Virus record (IMG/VR): IMGVR_UViG_3300042295_000410
DNA: 55,440 bases
Reading direction: 5' to 3' (one strand)
Source of the DNA: an uncultured virus (IMG/VR IMGVR_UViG_3300042295_000410)
Lineage: Duplodnaviria; Heunggongvirae; Uroviricota; Caudoviricetes
How positions within the stretch are numbered: position 1 is the stretch's first letter; each line of letters opens with the position of its first letter. The translations under genes were made by a program, and so were the position numbers. Shown piece after piece: positions 46,758 through 54,274 of this stretch. The notes under the pieces were generated by a model, which saw nothing but the letters and a program-made list of their open reading frames with translations, was not told the origin of the DNA and searched no databases.

Positions 46758-47120
46758 TTAATCGTCTGCTGCTGCGTCGTTAATTTCTTGAGGTGTAAAT
46801 TTTCTCTGAGGTATTGGAGATAGTTTTTCTTTAACAGGTTCAGGTTCTTTGTTAATAGATGCATCAGCAGCAATACGTTCTTTCTCAATTGTCTTGCCAC
46901 GCAATTCCATAACTGTTTCAACTTTTTGATTTAATCTTATAAGGTCATTGTCCAGCATACGAATACGATCAATAAGAGCAATAAGAGTTCCATTGGCTTG
47001 TCCTATAACTGGTTTGATTTCTGTGGTTACCCAGGTCCACACGTAATAGATAAAGTATCCCATGCCGCCCGCAGCAACAATAGGAAAACCATATTTGTTG
47101 ATCATTTCTGCTATATCCAT
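46758..47120 (-). CDS. small membrane protein (paralog of 47447-47725)
   Basis: GFPIVAAGGMGYF helix + coiled-coil. Confidence 0.75.
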   Translation of the reverse strand: MDIAEMINKYGFPIVAAGGMGYFIYYVWTWVTTEIKPVIGQANGTLIALIDRIRMLDNDLIRLNQKVETVMELRGKTIEKERIAADASINKEPEPVKEKLSPIPQRKFTPQEINDAAADD

Positions 47121-47121
47121 A

Positions 47122-47301
47122 TTACTTATACCCTTTGGTAAATTTTAGTACGGGGTCTACTTTGACTAATTGACTTTGCCCGTCTATATTTTTAAGCTCA
47201 AAGTGATCTCCAGCACGCCACTCTAACTTGTCTATGTTAATTTCTCTGTCTAGAATAATTCGATCTTTTCGAAGATCCCAGTCGTAGTCTAAGTATTTCA
47301 T
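47122..47301 (-). CDS. small hypothetical protein (not in ORF track)
   Basis: 59 aa MKYLDYDWDLRKDRIILDRE..., coupled to neighbours. Confidence 0.6.
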   Translation of the reverse strand: MKYLDYDWDLRKDRIILDREINIDKLEWRAGDHFELKNIDGQSQLVKVDPVLKFTKGYK

Positions 47302-47447
47302 AAGGTGCTTTCTACTGTGCCGAGAATAAGATATACTTGCTGATAAGTTTCTTCAATCATTTCTAACTGTTCTTCAGTTAACTCGCTCTGTTCAAAATTT
47401 ACTAAATCTTTTGCTAGTTCAGTTTGCAGTTGCTTAATCTTATTCAT
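47298..47447 (-). CDS. small hypothetical protein (not in ORF track)
   Basis: 49 aa MNKIKQLQTELAKDL..., overlapping start/stop with both neighbours. Confidence 0.55.
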   Translation of the reverse strand: MNKIKQLQTELAKDLVNFEQSELTEEQLEMIEETYQQVYLILGTVESTL

Positions 47448-47725
47448 TAGTCTTTCCTTTGATCAACTTGATCAGCACGAGCAATCCGATCATAATCGGG
47501 CTGTAGTCCCAATGCATGACTTACTTTAACATCAATACGTTGTAATTGGTTGGTCATAGTATCTACTCGACTGTCTAGACCTTTAATAATACCACCCATT
47601 CCGTTGACGCTAGATGTTACACCAGCTAAAATAAACTTCAATGTTAGGAAAACAAAGTAGCCAGCCGCTATTGCACCAGCTATTGGAAACCCTAACTCTG
47701 CTACTAATTTAAAGAAATCGCCCAT
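47447..47725 (-). CDS. small membrane protein (paralog of 46758-47120)
   Basis: GFPIAGAIAAGYF helix + coiled-coil; GGAG SD. Confidence 0.75.
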   Translation of the reverse strand: MGDFFKLVAELGFPIAGAIAAGYFVFLTLKFILAGVTSSVNGMGGIIKGLDSRVDTMTNQLQRIDVKVSHALGLQPDYDRIARADQVDQRKD

Positions 47726-47833
47726 ATCCTACTCCAGTTTATTATATTTACAGTTAATGGTAAAATCAATATAGTAGTAGATAATTTTATTCTGTGCGTA
47801 TATAATGTACTAAATATCTCAAAGGAACAGATC

Positions 47834-48445
47834 ATGTTTGACAAGAATAGACCAGTAGGCATAGAAAGTATTAAAAGTTATGCTCAGAAAATTGAAAGTG
47901 GATTTTTAGAAAAGTACCTAAGCGGTAAGAACATTTTAGAAATTGGATACCAAGGATACAATGCAGGACGAGAAGTTGTTCCTATTGTAGAAAATGCAAT
48001 TGGTATTGATCAGGGTTATCCGGGCTACGACGGGTTGCACCTGCCGTTTGAGGATGCTAGCCAAGATGCAGTATATAGCAGTCATGTACTTGAGCACATT
48101 CCGTATTGGGAACAAGTGTTACAGGAGTGGTTCCGAGTACTTAAAGTGGGAGGTTACATGGTAATTGTTGTACCACATTGGTTGTTATACGAAAAGAAGA
48201 AAGATCTGCCCAGTCGCTTTGCAGGTGCGGGGCATTTTCGTTATTACTTACCTAGCACTCTGCTTGCAGAAGTCCAAGAGGCACTCCCACTAGGTGAATG
48301 GCGCTTACGTCATATGTGCGATAATGATGCAGGCTTTGACTACAGTTTGCCAGATACAACACACAGCGAAGGCTGCTACGAAATTGAGTGTGTGATTGAA
48401 AAGATTGCAGACCCAGCATACATTACACAGATGATGAACAGATGA
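47834..48445 (+). CDS. class I SAM-dependent methyltransferase
   Basis: ILEIG, LPFED, SSHVLEH, RVLKVGG. Confidence 0.88.
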   Translation: MFDKNRPVGIESIKSYAQKIESGFLEKYLSGKNILEIGYQGYNAGREVVPIVENAIGIDQGYPGYDGLHLPFEDASQDAVYSSHVLEHIPYWEQVLQEWFRVLKVGGYMVIVVPHWLLYEKKKDLPSRFAGAGHFRYYLPSTLLAEVQEALPLGEWRLRHMCDNDAGFDYSLPDTTHSEGCYEIECVIEKIADPAYITQMMNR

Positions 48446-49872
48446 AAAGAAACTTACTAATTGTATTAAGAACTTGTACCCGTGTTAACATGCTCAACGG
48501 TGAAAACATGGGCGGCCGCTATCACAAAGTACCTAAGCATGAGCTTGTAAATGTTTGCCTTAGCAGTATTGTAGATAGTATTAATCACTGTGAAGGGCAC
48601 GATGTTAAGCTAGTAGTCTTAGATGACAACAGCACACCCGAAGCAGTTGCTGATTTTAAAATCATCCTTGCACAATGCAAATCGTCTACAGAGTTTGTAG
48701 CAGTAACAGGCGGAACTGGTGCTAGCTACACTTGCAAGAAAGTCTATGAAATTGTAGATCAACAGTGTACAGACTTGTGGTATCATGCAGAAGATGACTA
48801 TCCGCATTTTCAAACAGCAATACAAGACATGCTAGATACTGTAACACAGTTTGAGCAGCAAACAGGCAAGATGATTGCAGTCAATCCGCATGACGATGTG
48901 TACCGTTACACAGCACAAGTTTACCCTAGCATTTTGTTGTTTGGTCCCCACAGGCATTATCGTACAGTTAAGCACAGTACCTATACCTGCTTAGCCAGTC
49001 GTGCTGTATTTGACAAGTATCGCAAACACTTTGATGATGCAGCAGAATGGATATTGCGTAAAGATGAAAATGAAACTATCAATCAGGTATGGAACAAAGA
49101 CGATGTTATGTTGTTCAGTCCTATTCCTAGCCTAAGCCTGCATATCACACTAGAGTCCTTAAAAGATCCTTACATTGATTTTGAGGGATTGTGGTACAGT
49201 ATTCCGCAACTTTGGAAGCGTGGTGATCCTAGCAAGTACGCTATTGTTAGTATGTTCAATGAGCCACATTTTGAACTTGCCAAACACACTTGGTTCAATA
49301 ACAAAGACAAGTATGCAACACATCGCGGATACAAAGCCTTTTCTAAAATGGACGACTTTAGTTCAGAAGCAGTTCACTTTGATAAGTTTGTGCATATTTT
49401 GCAAGTAATGAACGATAATCCTAATCTATCTTGGGTGTGGTGGTTAGACAACGATGCTATGATTACCAACTTCAATTGCAAGATAGAAGATGTAATTGAT
49501 GACAGCTATGACATCATCATGGCCACTGACATTGCCAGTCTTAACACAGGCAGCTTCTTTGTCAAGAACAGTGAGAACAGTCGGGTGTGGTTAGAGGATA
49601 TGATCGGTAAGCGCAAGGACTACCTCAACGATAAGAAATGGTTTGATCAGCAGTGTGTTATCGACACTTATGTTACCTACAAGGATATTATTAAACTTGT
49701 ACCACAACGTACTATGAACAGCTACGATTACAAGATGTATGGAGTCGACGGAATTGACATGTTAGGCAACGACGGACAGTGGCAGCAGGGTGATTGGGTA
49801 GTACACTGGCCAGGCTTGAACAATCAATTAAGAATACAATTGGCACAAAACTTTGCAAATGCTGTAGTATGA
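48442..49872 (+). CDS. two-domain glycosyltransferase (GT-A + GT34/MNN10-like)
   Basis: LDDNS, HAEDDY; WVWWLDNDAMITN, LNTGSF, DQQ, GDWVVHWPG. Confidence 0.8.
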   Translation: MKRNLLIVLRTCTRVNMLNGENMGGRYHKVPKHELVNVCLSSIVDSINHCEGHDVKLVVLDDNSTPEAVADFKIILAQCKSSTEFVAVTGGTGASYTCKKVYEIVDQQCTDLWYHAEDDYPHFQTAIQDMLDTVTQFEQQTGKMIAVNPHDDVYRYTAQVYPSILLFGPHRHYRTVKHSTYTCLASRAVFDKYRKHFDDAAEWILRKDENETINQVWNKDDVMLFSPIPSLSLHITLESLKDPYIDFEGLWYSIPQLWKRGDPSKYAIVSMFNEPHFELAKHTWFNNKDKYATHRGYKAFSKMDDFSSEAVHFDKFVHILQVMNDNPNLSWVWWLDNDAMITNFNCKIEDVIDDSYDIIMATDIASLNTGSFFVKNSENSRVWLEDMIGKRKDYLNDKKWFDQQCVIDTYVTYKDIIKLVPQRTMNSYDYKMYGVDGIDMLGNDGQWQQGDWVVHWPGLNNQLRIQLAQNFANAVV

Positions 49873-50876
49873 AATGTGCCTGGTTAGAAAATATGATGAG
49901 CATCGAAACAGACGGATGGACGCGACCGTGCTGTGCAGAACCGTCTAAGGATGCAAGGATAGCACATATTAATAACGGAATACAGGCAGCATGGAATAAT
50001 TCTAAATTACTAGAATTAAGAGAGGAGTTAAAGAACGGTTATTCTAAAAAGACTCGACCATTTTGTAACAGATGCGAAATTTTAGAATCTGCAGATCAAC
50101 CTAGTATGCGTACCAGTACACCGTTTGCCACACAAGATAGGACATTAAAAACAATTCAATTTAAAATGAGTAACAAGTGCCAACTAACTTGTGCTCATTG
50201 TGGTCCTGAGTTATCTACAGGATGGAAAAAGTTTTTAAAGATAACTCCGATAGCTTCCGATAGTTTTGAATTAACTGACGAATTTTTAAAAGAGTTAGGA
50301 GAATTACTACCGCAGATAACTTGTCTAAAATTTACCGGCGGCGAGCCTTTTCTCGACCCTAACCATTGGAAGATATTAGAATACTTACAGCAGTTTGATA
50401 GAAGTCATTGTACATTAGAATATATAACAAACGGCATTAGTCCCTTTAGAGATGAACTATGGAAGGGTTGGCAATCTGTTAAATGCAGTGTCAGTGCAGA
50501 TGGTTATGGAGAAACATACGAATGGTTTCGCAGAGGATCTTCCTGGGAAGAATTAATAAGTGGTGTCCGTGATCTAAAAGAAGTCAGCGATGTTAGTATA
50601 AATTTTGCAATGACTCCTTATACTATACAAGATTATCATACTGCTAAAAACTATTGGGGACGTATAGATACACATCTTATCGTGCATCCTAAGCATGCCA
50701 GTCTTTTATATTTTCCTATGAACGTGTTAGAAAAACTTGATGATTATCAAACAATACCCTATGTAGACGGTGCAAGAGGATCTAATTTATATTTTTATAA
50801 AAGTTGGGCAGAAGATTGGGATATGAAATGGAATACAAAAGGCTGGTCTAACAGGCTATTTTGGTGGATGACTTGA
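49869..50876 (+). CDS. radical SAM protein with N-terminal SPASM/twitch-like domain
   Basis: DG.TRPCC, C..C; CQLTCAHC, TGGEPF, TNG. Confidence 0.88.
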   Translation: MKCAWLENMMSIETDGWTRPCCAEPSKDARIAHINNGIQAAWNNSKLLELREELKNGYSKKTRPFCNRCEILESADQPSMRTSTPFATQDRTLKTIQFKMSNKCQLTCAHCGPELSTGWKKFLKITPIASDSFELTDEFLKELGELLPQITCLKFTGGEPFLDPNHWKILEYLQQFDRSHCTLEYITNGISPFRDELWKGWQSVKCSVSADGYGETYEWFRRGSSWEELISGVRDLKEVSDVSINFAMTPYTIQDYHTAKNYWGRIDTHLIVHPKHASLLYFPMNVLEKLDDYQTIPYVDGARGSNLYFYKSWAEDWDMKWNTKGWSNRLFWWMT

Positions 50877-50880
50877 TATT

Positions 50881-51528
50881 ATGAGCAAAATTATTTCTTG
50901 GTCAAAAGACACAGTTCCTTTAGATCTAGTAGCAAAGATGCTAGACTTTTATAAAAAACAACAATCCTATGATACCAACTTTAAAGGAAAAGATCTTAGA
51001 GGAACACCTCCTACTCGAACAGATATACCTGAATTATACACATTTATTGAGTCTTTAGGTTATGTTATTTTAGATGACGAACCTAGTGGGAACTATCTCG
51101 AAACTGCAAGTCAGTATCCCATTCACGTTGATACTGGTAAAGACAATACTCACAGTTTAGATTATACAGTTTTTTTGTTTCCTTTATATATTCCTGAAGA
51201 TAGTGTTTCGTATTTGCTATTGTTAAATCAAAAATGGCTAGGTGAAGCAACTACCTTTGTCAAACAGCCTTGGACTAAGGGATGGAACAATATGGTTACA
51301 AGTTATGAAGATATTCAAGGACTTGAGTATAACAAGTGGGATTCTCGATTAAACGAGTTAGGTATAATTTTCACAGATTCAACATTAGACGGAATGAGCA
51401 TTGACACTATAATTAGTTGGAAAATAGGAAGTTTAGTTAGTTTCCCATGCAACCAGTTACACTTCTCAGTTACTACTAACCGTGTTCCTAAAATTGGATT
51501 AAGTCTGAGATTAAAGTGTAAACTATGA
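50881..51528 (+). CDS. possible 2OG-Fe(II) oxygenase-like protein
   Basis: IHVD...QLH...K facial-triad-like pattern. Confidence 0.45.
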   Translation: MSKIISWSKDTVPLDLVAKMLDFYKKQQSYDTNFKGKDLRGTPPTRTDIPELYTFIESLGYVILDDEPSGNYLETASQYPIHVDTGKDNTHSLDYTVFLFPLYIPEDSVSYLLLLNQKWLGEATTFVKQPWTKGWNNMVTSYEDIQGLEYNKWDSRLNELGIIFTDSTLDGMSIDTIISWKIGSLVSFPCNQLHFSVTTNRVPKIGLSLRLKCKL

Positions 51529-52028
51529 AAATTGCAATAACAGGTCATACACAAGGATTAGGGAAAGCGTTCTTTGATCATTTTCAGTCGCACGATGTTC
51601 TTGGATTTTCAAGAAGCAACGGTTACAACATATTCAGTCCGGTATCCAGAATTAAAATTTTAGAAGAAATTAAAGATGCTGATATGTTTATCAACAATGC
51701 ATACAATAATTTTGATGATTCTCAGTTACAATTATTAAAAGAAGTTTACACGCTATGGGAAGGAACAAACAAAGTTATTGTTAATATATCATCCCGATAC
51801 ACTACTGGTCCTGAAAAATATTGCAAAGATAAAGAACTACAGGATATATTTTGCAAGTCTAAAGAGTTTACCTTACCATATATAATTAATTTAAAGCCGG
51901 GATTAATCGATACTAACAGAGTTAAACATATTCTAGGTAATAGATTATCAGTTAATGAAGTAGTAGATGTGTTAGATTTTGCATTAAATAGTAGTTACAA
52001 AGTGCATACCATAACATTTGGAAAATAG
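51525..52028 (+). CDS. short-chain dehydrogenase/reductase-like protein
   Basis: ITGHTQGLG, FINNA, NISS, Y...K, PGLIDT. Confidence 0.8.
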   Translation: MKIAITGHTQGLGKAFFDHFQSHDVLGFSRSNGYNIFSPVSRIKILEEIKDADMFINNAYNNFDDSQLQLLKEVYTLWEGTNKVIVNISSRYTTGPEKYCKDKELQDIFCKSKEFTLPYIINLKPGLIDTNRVKHILGNRLSVNEVVDVLDFALNSSYKVHTITFGK

Positions 52029-52076
52029 TGGTTGACAACGAATTACTGAAGACCAAGCCGCGGATATAATTTTAGC

Positions 52077-52562
52077 ATGATAAAAGTTTTAGGAAAAATT
52101 GACGAACAAGAAATATTAGATGCCTTTAATCTAATTGAAGAAAACATCCAATGGACATCCTACGGACACAAAGGGCGACAAGCCGGAGTTCAGTTTAAAG
52201 ATAATGAAGATCCTTGGACTAGTGCAGTAGGAAGAAGTACTGGACAGGAATTAACATATACTAATTTAAATCCATTTTTTAAAAATACTATATTTGAAAA
52301 TATAATAGCTCAATATAAATTAACTAGAACTAGATTAATGTGGGTAGACCCTTATGCATGTTATAGTATCCATCGAGACGAAACTCCAAGAATACACATA
52401 CCTTTAATAACTAATCCTAGTTGCTATTTTGTTTTTCAATCTGGTAGAATAATACACTTGAATAAAAAATTAGTTTGGTGGGTTGATACTCGAAAGCCCC
52501 ACACTTTTATGAATTGCTCTGATGACCCTAGGCTACACCTTGTCGGTGTAGTAGAAAAGTAA
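52077..52562 (+). CDS. Asp/Asn beta-hydroxylase-like 2OG-Fe(II) oxygenase
   Basis: HRD..RIHIPLITN, HTFMN, RLHLV. Confidence 0.75.
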   Translation: MIKVLGKIDEQEILDAFNLIEENIQWTSYGHKGRQAGVQFKDNEDPWTSAVGRSTGQELTYTNLNPFFKNTIFENIIAQYKLTRTRLMWVDPYACYSIHRDETPRIHIPLITNPSCYFVFQSGRIIHLNKKLVWWVDTRKPHTFMNCSDDPRLHLVGVVEK

Positions 52563-52608
52563 TAAAATAAAAATTCGCCAAAATTGTGGCATTTTAACCA
52601 CATACTTA

Positions 52609-52637
52609 TTGACAGACATAAATAGAAGCAGTACAAT
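52609..52637 (+). promoter_or_regulatory. sigma70 promoter P1 of tRNA region
   Basis: TTGACA-17-TACAAT. Confidence 0.75.
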
Positions 52638-52696
52638 AGAGACTAGTTAGGAAGAGAAGTTGTTAAAAACTTTTTGTTCAAAAGAACAAATAAGGG

Positions 52697-52725
52697 TTGA
52701 CAACAATGCTAAATAACTGTATAAT
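52697..52725 (+). promoter_or_regulatory. sigma70 promoter P2 of tRNA region
   Basis: TTGACA-17-TATAAT. Confidence 0.88.
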
Positions 52726-52784
52726 TAGAACATACACTGCAATAAGGTAGTGTATGTAACAAAAGGTTTTAAAGAGAAAACAAA

Positions 52785-52931
52785 ATGCAATCGTCCAATA
52801 GACATCAACAATTTAATACGATGCCCAAACAGGTAGGTGTAATAGCCTGCGGTTGGTTATCGATTAATGCGGGAAGTCTATCATATGATCGTACACCAGA
52901 GATTTCTAGGGTCCGGAGGACTGTCGTGTAA
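52785..52931 (+). CDS. putative attenuator leader peptide (48 aa, all 20 amino acids)
   Basis: MQSSNRHQQFNTMPKQVGVIACGWLSINAGSLSYDRTPEISRVRRTVV; last codons complementary to the terminator 5' arm. Confidence 0.6.
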   Translation: MQSSNRHQQFNTMPKQVGVIACGWLSINAGSLSYDRTPEISRVRRTVV

Positions 52932-52956
52932 CACACAAGTTAACACAACAAACTTC

Positions 52957-52995
52957 AAGGACCCTAGGATTAAAAACCCTGGGGTTTTTTGTTTT
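52957..52995 (+). terminator. intrinsic terminator with competing antiterminator
   Basis: ACCCTAGG/CCTGGGGT + TTTTTTGTTTT; alternative pairing 52905-52918 with 52953-52969. Confidence 0.8.
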
Positions 52996-53007
52996 CCGCA
53001 AGGAAGA

Positions 53008-53157
53008 ATGACAGATTTGAAGAGACAAGCTGAGTTTACAAAAGCGCATACTTTAACTAAACAAGATCTTCGCAAGATGATTTTGGAAAAGTTACAACGT
53101 GCAACTGCGTATTACGAAGCAAGTAGGAAGCGAGAGATTGCTCAAGGGCGGTCGTAG
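53008..53157 (+). CDS. small hypothetical protein
   Basis: 49 aa MTDLKRQAEF..., AAGGA SD. Confidence 0.6.
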   Translation: MTDLKRQAEFTKAHTLTKQDLRKMILEKLQRATAYYEASRKREIAQGRS

Positions 53158-53270
53158 ATCGCAAAGTGTAATATAGTACGGGAACGAGGCCCGGGGAACG
53201 CACTTAAAACATGTTCTAAACGGGCGGACTAGTGGATGGCTTATCCTTATGTGGATAAAAAAATACTAGT

Positions 53271-53341
53271 TATTAAAGCAAATTGGTACCTGCTGACTCT
53301 GAATCAGAACAGGACGCATAGCGTAACAGTTTGTTTTAATA
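53271..53341 (+). ncRNA. three-way-junction RNA with Gln(CUG)-like anticodon loop
   Basis: 15-bp stem 53271-85/53327-41; CTGA-CTCTGAA-TCAG hairpin. Confidence 0.5.
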
Positions 53342-53371
53342 AGCACTTTCGAAAGAGAGTGTTAACAATTT

Positions 53372-53460
53372 GGAGCTTGTCCCCCATTGCCAGCTGTAAC
53401 CTGGTAGCCATTATTAAGTGGGGTGGCTGGCAAGAGGTTCAATTCCTTCAGGCTCCACCA
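53372..53460 (+). tRNA. tRNA-Tyr(GTA)-like, D-arm absent, 8/4 fold
   Basis: GGAGCTTG/CAGGCTCC-A-CCA; GCCAG-CT GTA AC-CTGGT; long variable arm; TTCAATT T-loop. Confidence 0.7.
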
Positions 53461-53467
53461 ATTTTAT

Positions 53468-53543
53468 CTCGCATTCGGTTAGCGGCTATGCCACCTGGTT
53501 TGGGGCCAGGATTTCGAAGGTTCGAGTCCTTCATGCGAGACCA
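53468..53543 (+). tRNA. tRNA-Pro(TGG)
   Basis: Cloverleaf, CCTGG-TT TGG GG-CCAGG, CCA. Confidence 0.9.
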
Positions 53544-53552
53544 AGTTTAAAT

Positions 53553-53644
53553 GGAAAGTAATGCAGCGGGGTTGGTCCTGCGACCAGCCTTGAAAACTGG
53601 GTTCTCAGAAATGGGATGGGGTTCGACTCCTCTGCTTTCCGCCA
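53553..53644 (+). tRNA. tRNA-Ser(TGA), 8/4 fold
   Basis: 8-bp acceptor GGAAAGTA/TGCTTTCC, 4-bp T stem, CT TGA AA, G73, CCA. Confidence 0.85.
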
Positions 53645-53650
53645 AGACAA

Positions 53651-53679
53651 TTGACAAATTCTACATAAGATTGTATAAT
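53651..53679 (+). promoter_or_regulatory. internal sigma70 promoter in tRNA array
   Basis: TTGACA-17-TATAAT. Confidence 0.88.
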
Positions 53680-53687
53680 TACATTAT

Positions 53688-53803
53688 GCGACCGTAAGTG
53701 GAATATGGCAGACCTCCCGTTATGCTCATAGCATAGGTCAGGGGAAGGGGCACATAACATAGTTACCGTGCTCTTGTAGGTTCGAGACCTACCGGTCGTA
53801 CCA
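53688..53803 (+). tRNA. oversized Leu-scaffold tRNA-like RNA (116 nt), anticodon uncertain (CAT loop on extended arm)
   Basis: GCGACCG/CGGTCGT-A-CCA; Leu-type D arm and long variable arm; normal T arm. Confidence 0.6.
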
Positions 53804-53807
53804 GTTT

Positions 53808-53869
53808 TAGGATCAGTTCAGCAAACTTAAAAACTTTTTTATTATTCAAAAAAACCAAAGTTGATCCTG
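53808..53869 (+). ncRNA. CAGCAA-box RNA copy 4
   Basis: AGGATCA/TGATCCT, GTT, CAGCAA. Confidence 0.7.
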
Positions 53870-53878
53870 TTTTATTAT

Positions 53879-53953
53879 GTATCCCTAGTGTCAGCGGCAG
53901 CACGCCGGTCTCCAAAACCGTTAGGCTTGGTTCAAATCCAAGGGGGTATGCCA
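53879..53953 (+). tRNA. tRNA-Trp(CCA)
   Basis: Cloverleaf, CT CCA AA, G73, CCA. Confidence 0.9.
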
Positions 53954-53957
53954 GTTT

Positions 53958-54014
53958 TAGGATGCGTCCAGCAAATCAAAAAATTCAACTTTTAATTGAA
54001 AAATAAGCATCCTG
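53958..54014 (+). ncRNA. CAGCAA-box RNA copy 5 (carries Lys(UUU)-like anticodon loop)
   Basis: AGGATGC/GCATCCT, GTC, CAGCAA; TTCAA-CTTTTAA-TTGAA. Confidence 0.72.
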
Positions 54015-54022
54015 TTTTTTGT

Positions 54023-54096
54023 TCCCGGATTGTGTAATGGTAGCACAACAGACTTTGACTCTGTTAGCCTAGGTTCGATCCCTAGTCCGGGTGCCA
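54023..54096 (+). tRNA. tRNA-Gln(TTG)
   Basis: Cloverleaf, ACAGA-CT TTG AC-TCTGT, CCA. Confidence 0.93.
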
Positions 54097-54119
54097 ATAT
54101 TTTGTTAGACTTCTTAGGT

Positions 54120-54190
54120 GTGGCTATAGTGTAATGGTAGCACTACATGTTGTGACCTTGTCAGTACGGGTTCAAATCCCGTTAGTCACC
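54120..54190 (+). tRNA. tRNA-His(GTG), no encoded G-1 or CCA
   Basis: GTGGCTA/TAGTCAC, TT GTG AC, C73 followed by CCT. Confidence 0.8.
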
Positions 54191-54205
54191 CCTAAGCAGT
54201 TTATT

Positions 54206-54247
54206 CCTCTTGTAGTTAAATGGTATAACAATCGCTTTCCTGGCGAG
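54206..54247 (+). pseudogene. truncated tRNA (5' acceptor strand, D arm, anticodon arm; no T arm)
   Basis: CCTCTTG-TA-GTTA-AATGGTA-TAAC-A-ATCGC-TTTCCTG-GCGAG then late promoter of the endonuclease. Confidence 0.6.
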
Positions 54248-54274
54248 CGTTATAAATACTTGTAGGAGAACACT

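Noticed and set aside
883..51554. Numerous minus-strand ORFs nested in long plus-strand genes (e.g. 27180-27749, 30741-31343, 33616-34101)
   Set aside because: Antisense shadows from codon bias, with no SD or family motifs
52867..53007. N-terminal extension of the 96-aa ORF
   Set aside because: Runs through the terminator; the SD-supported start is 53008
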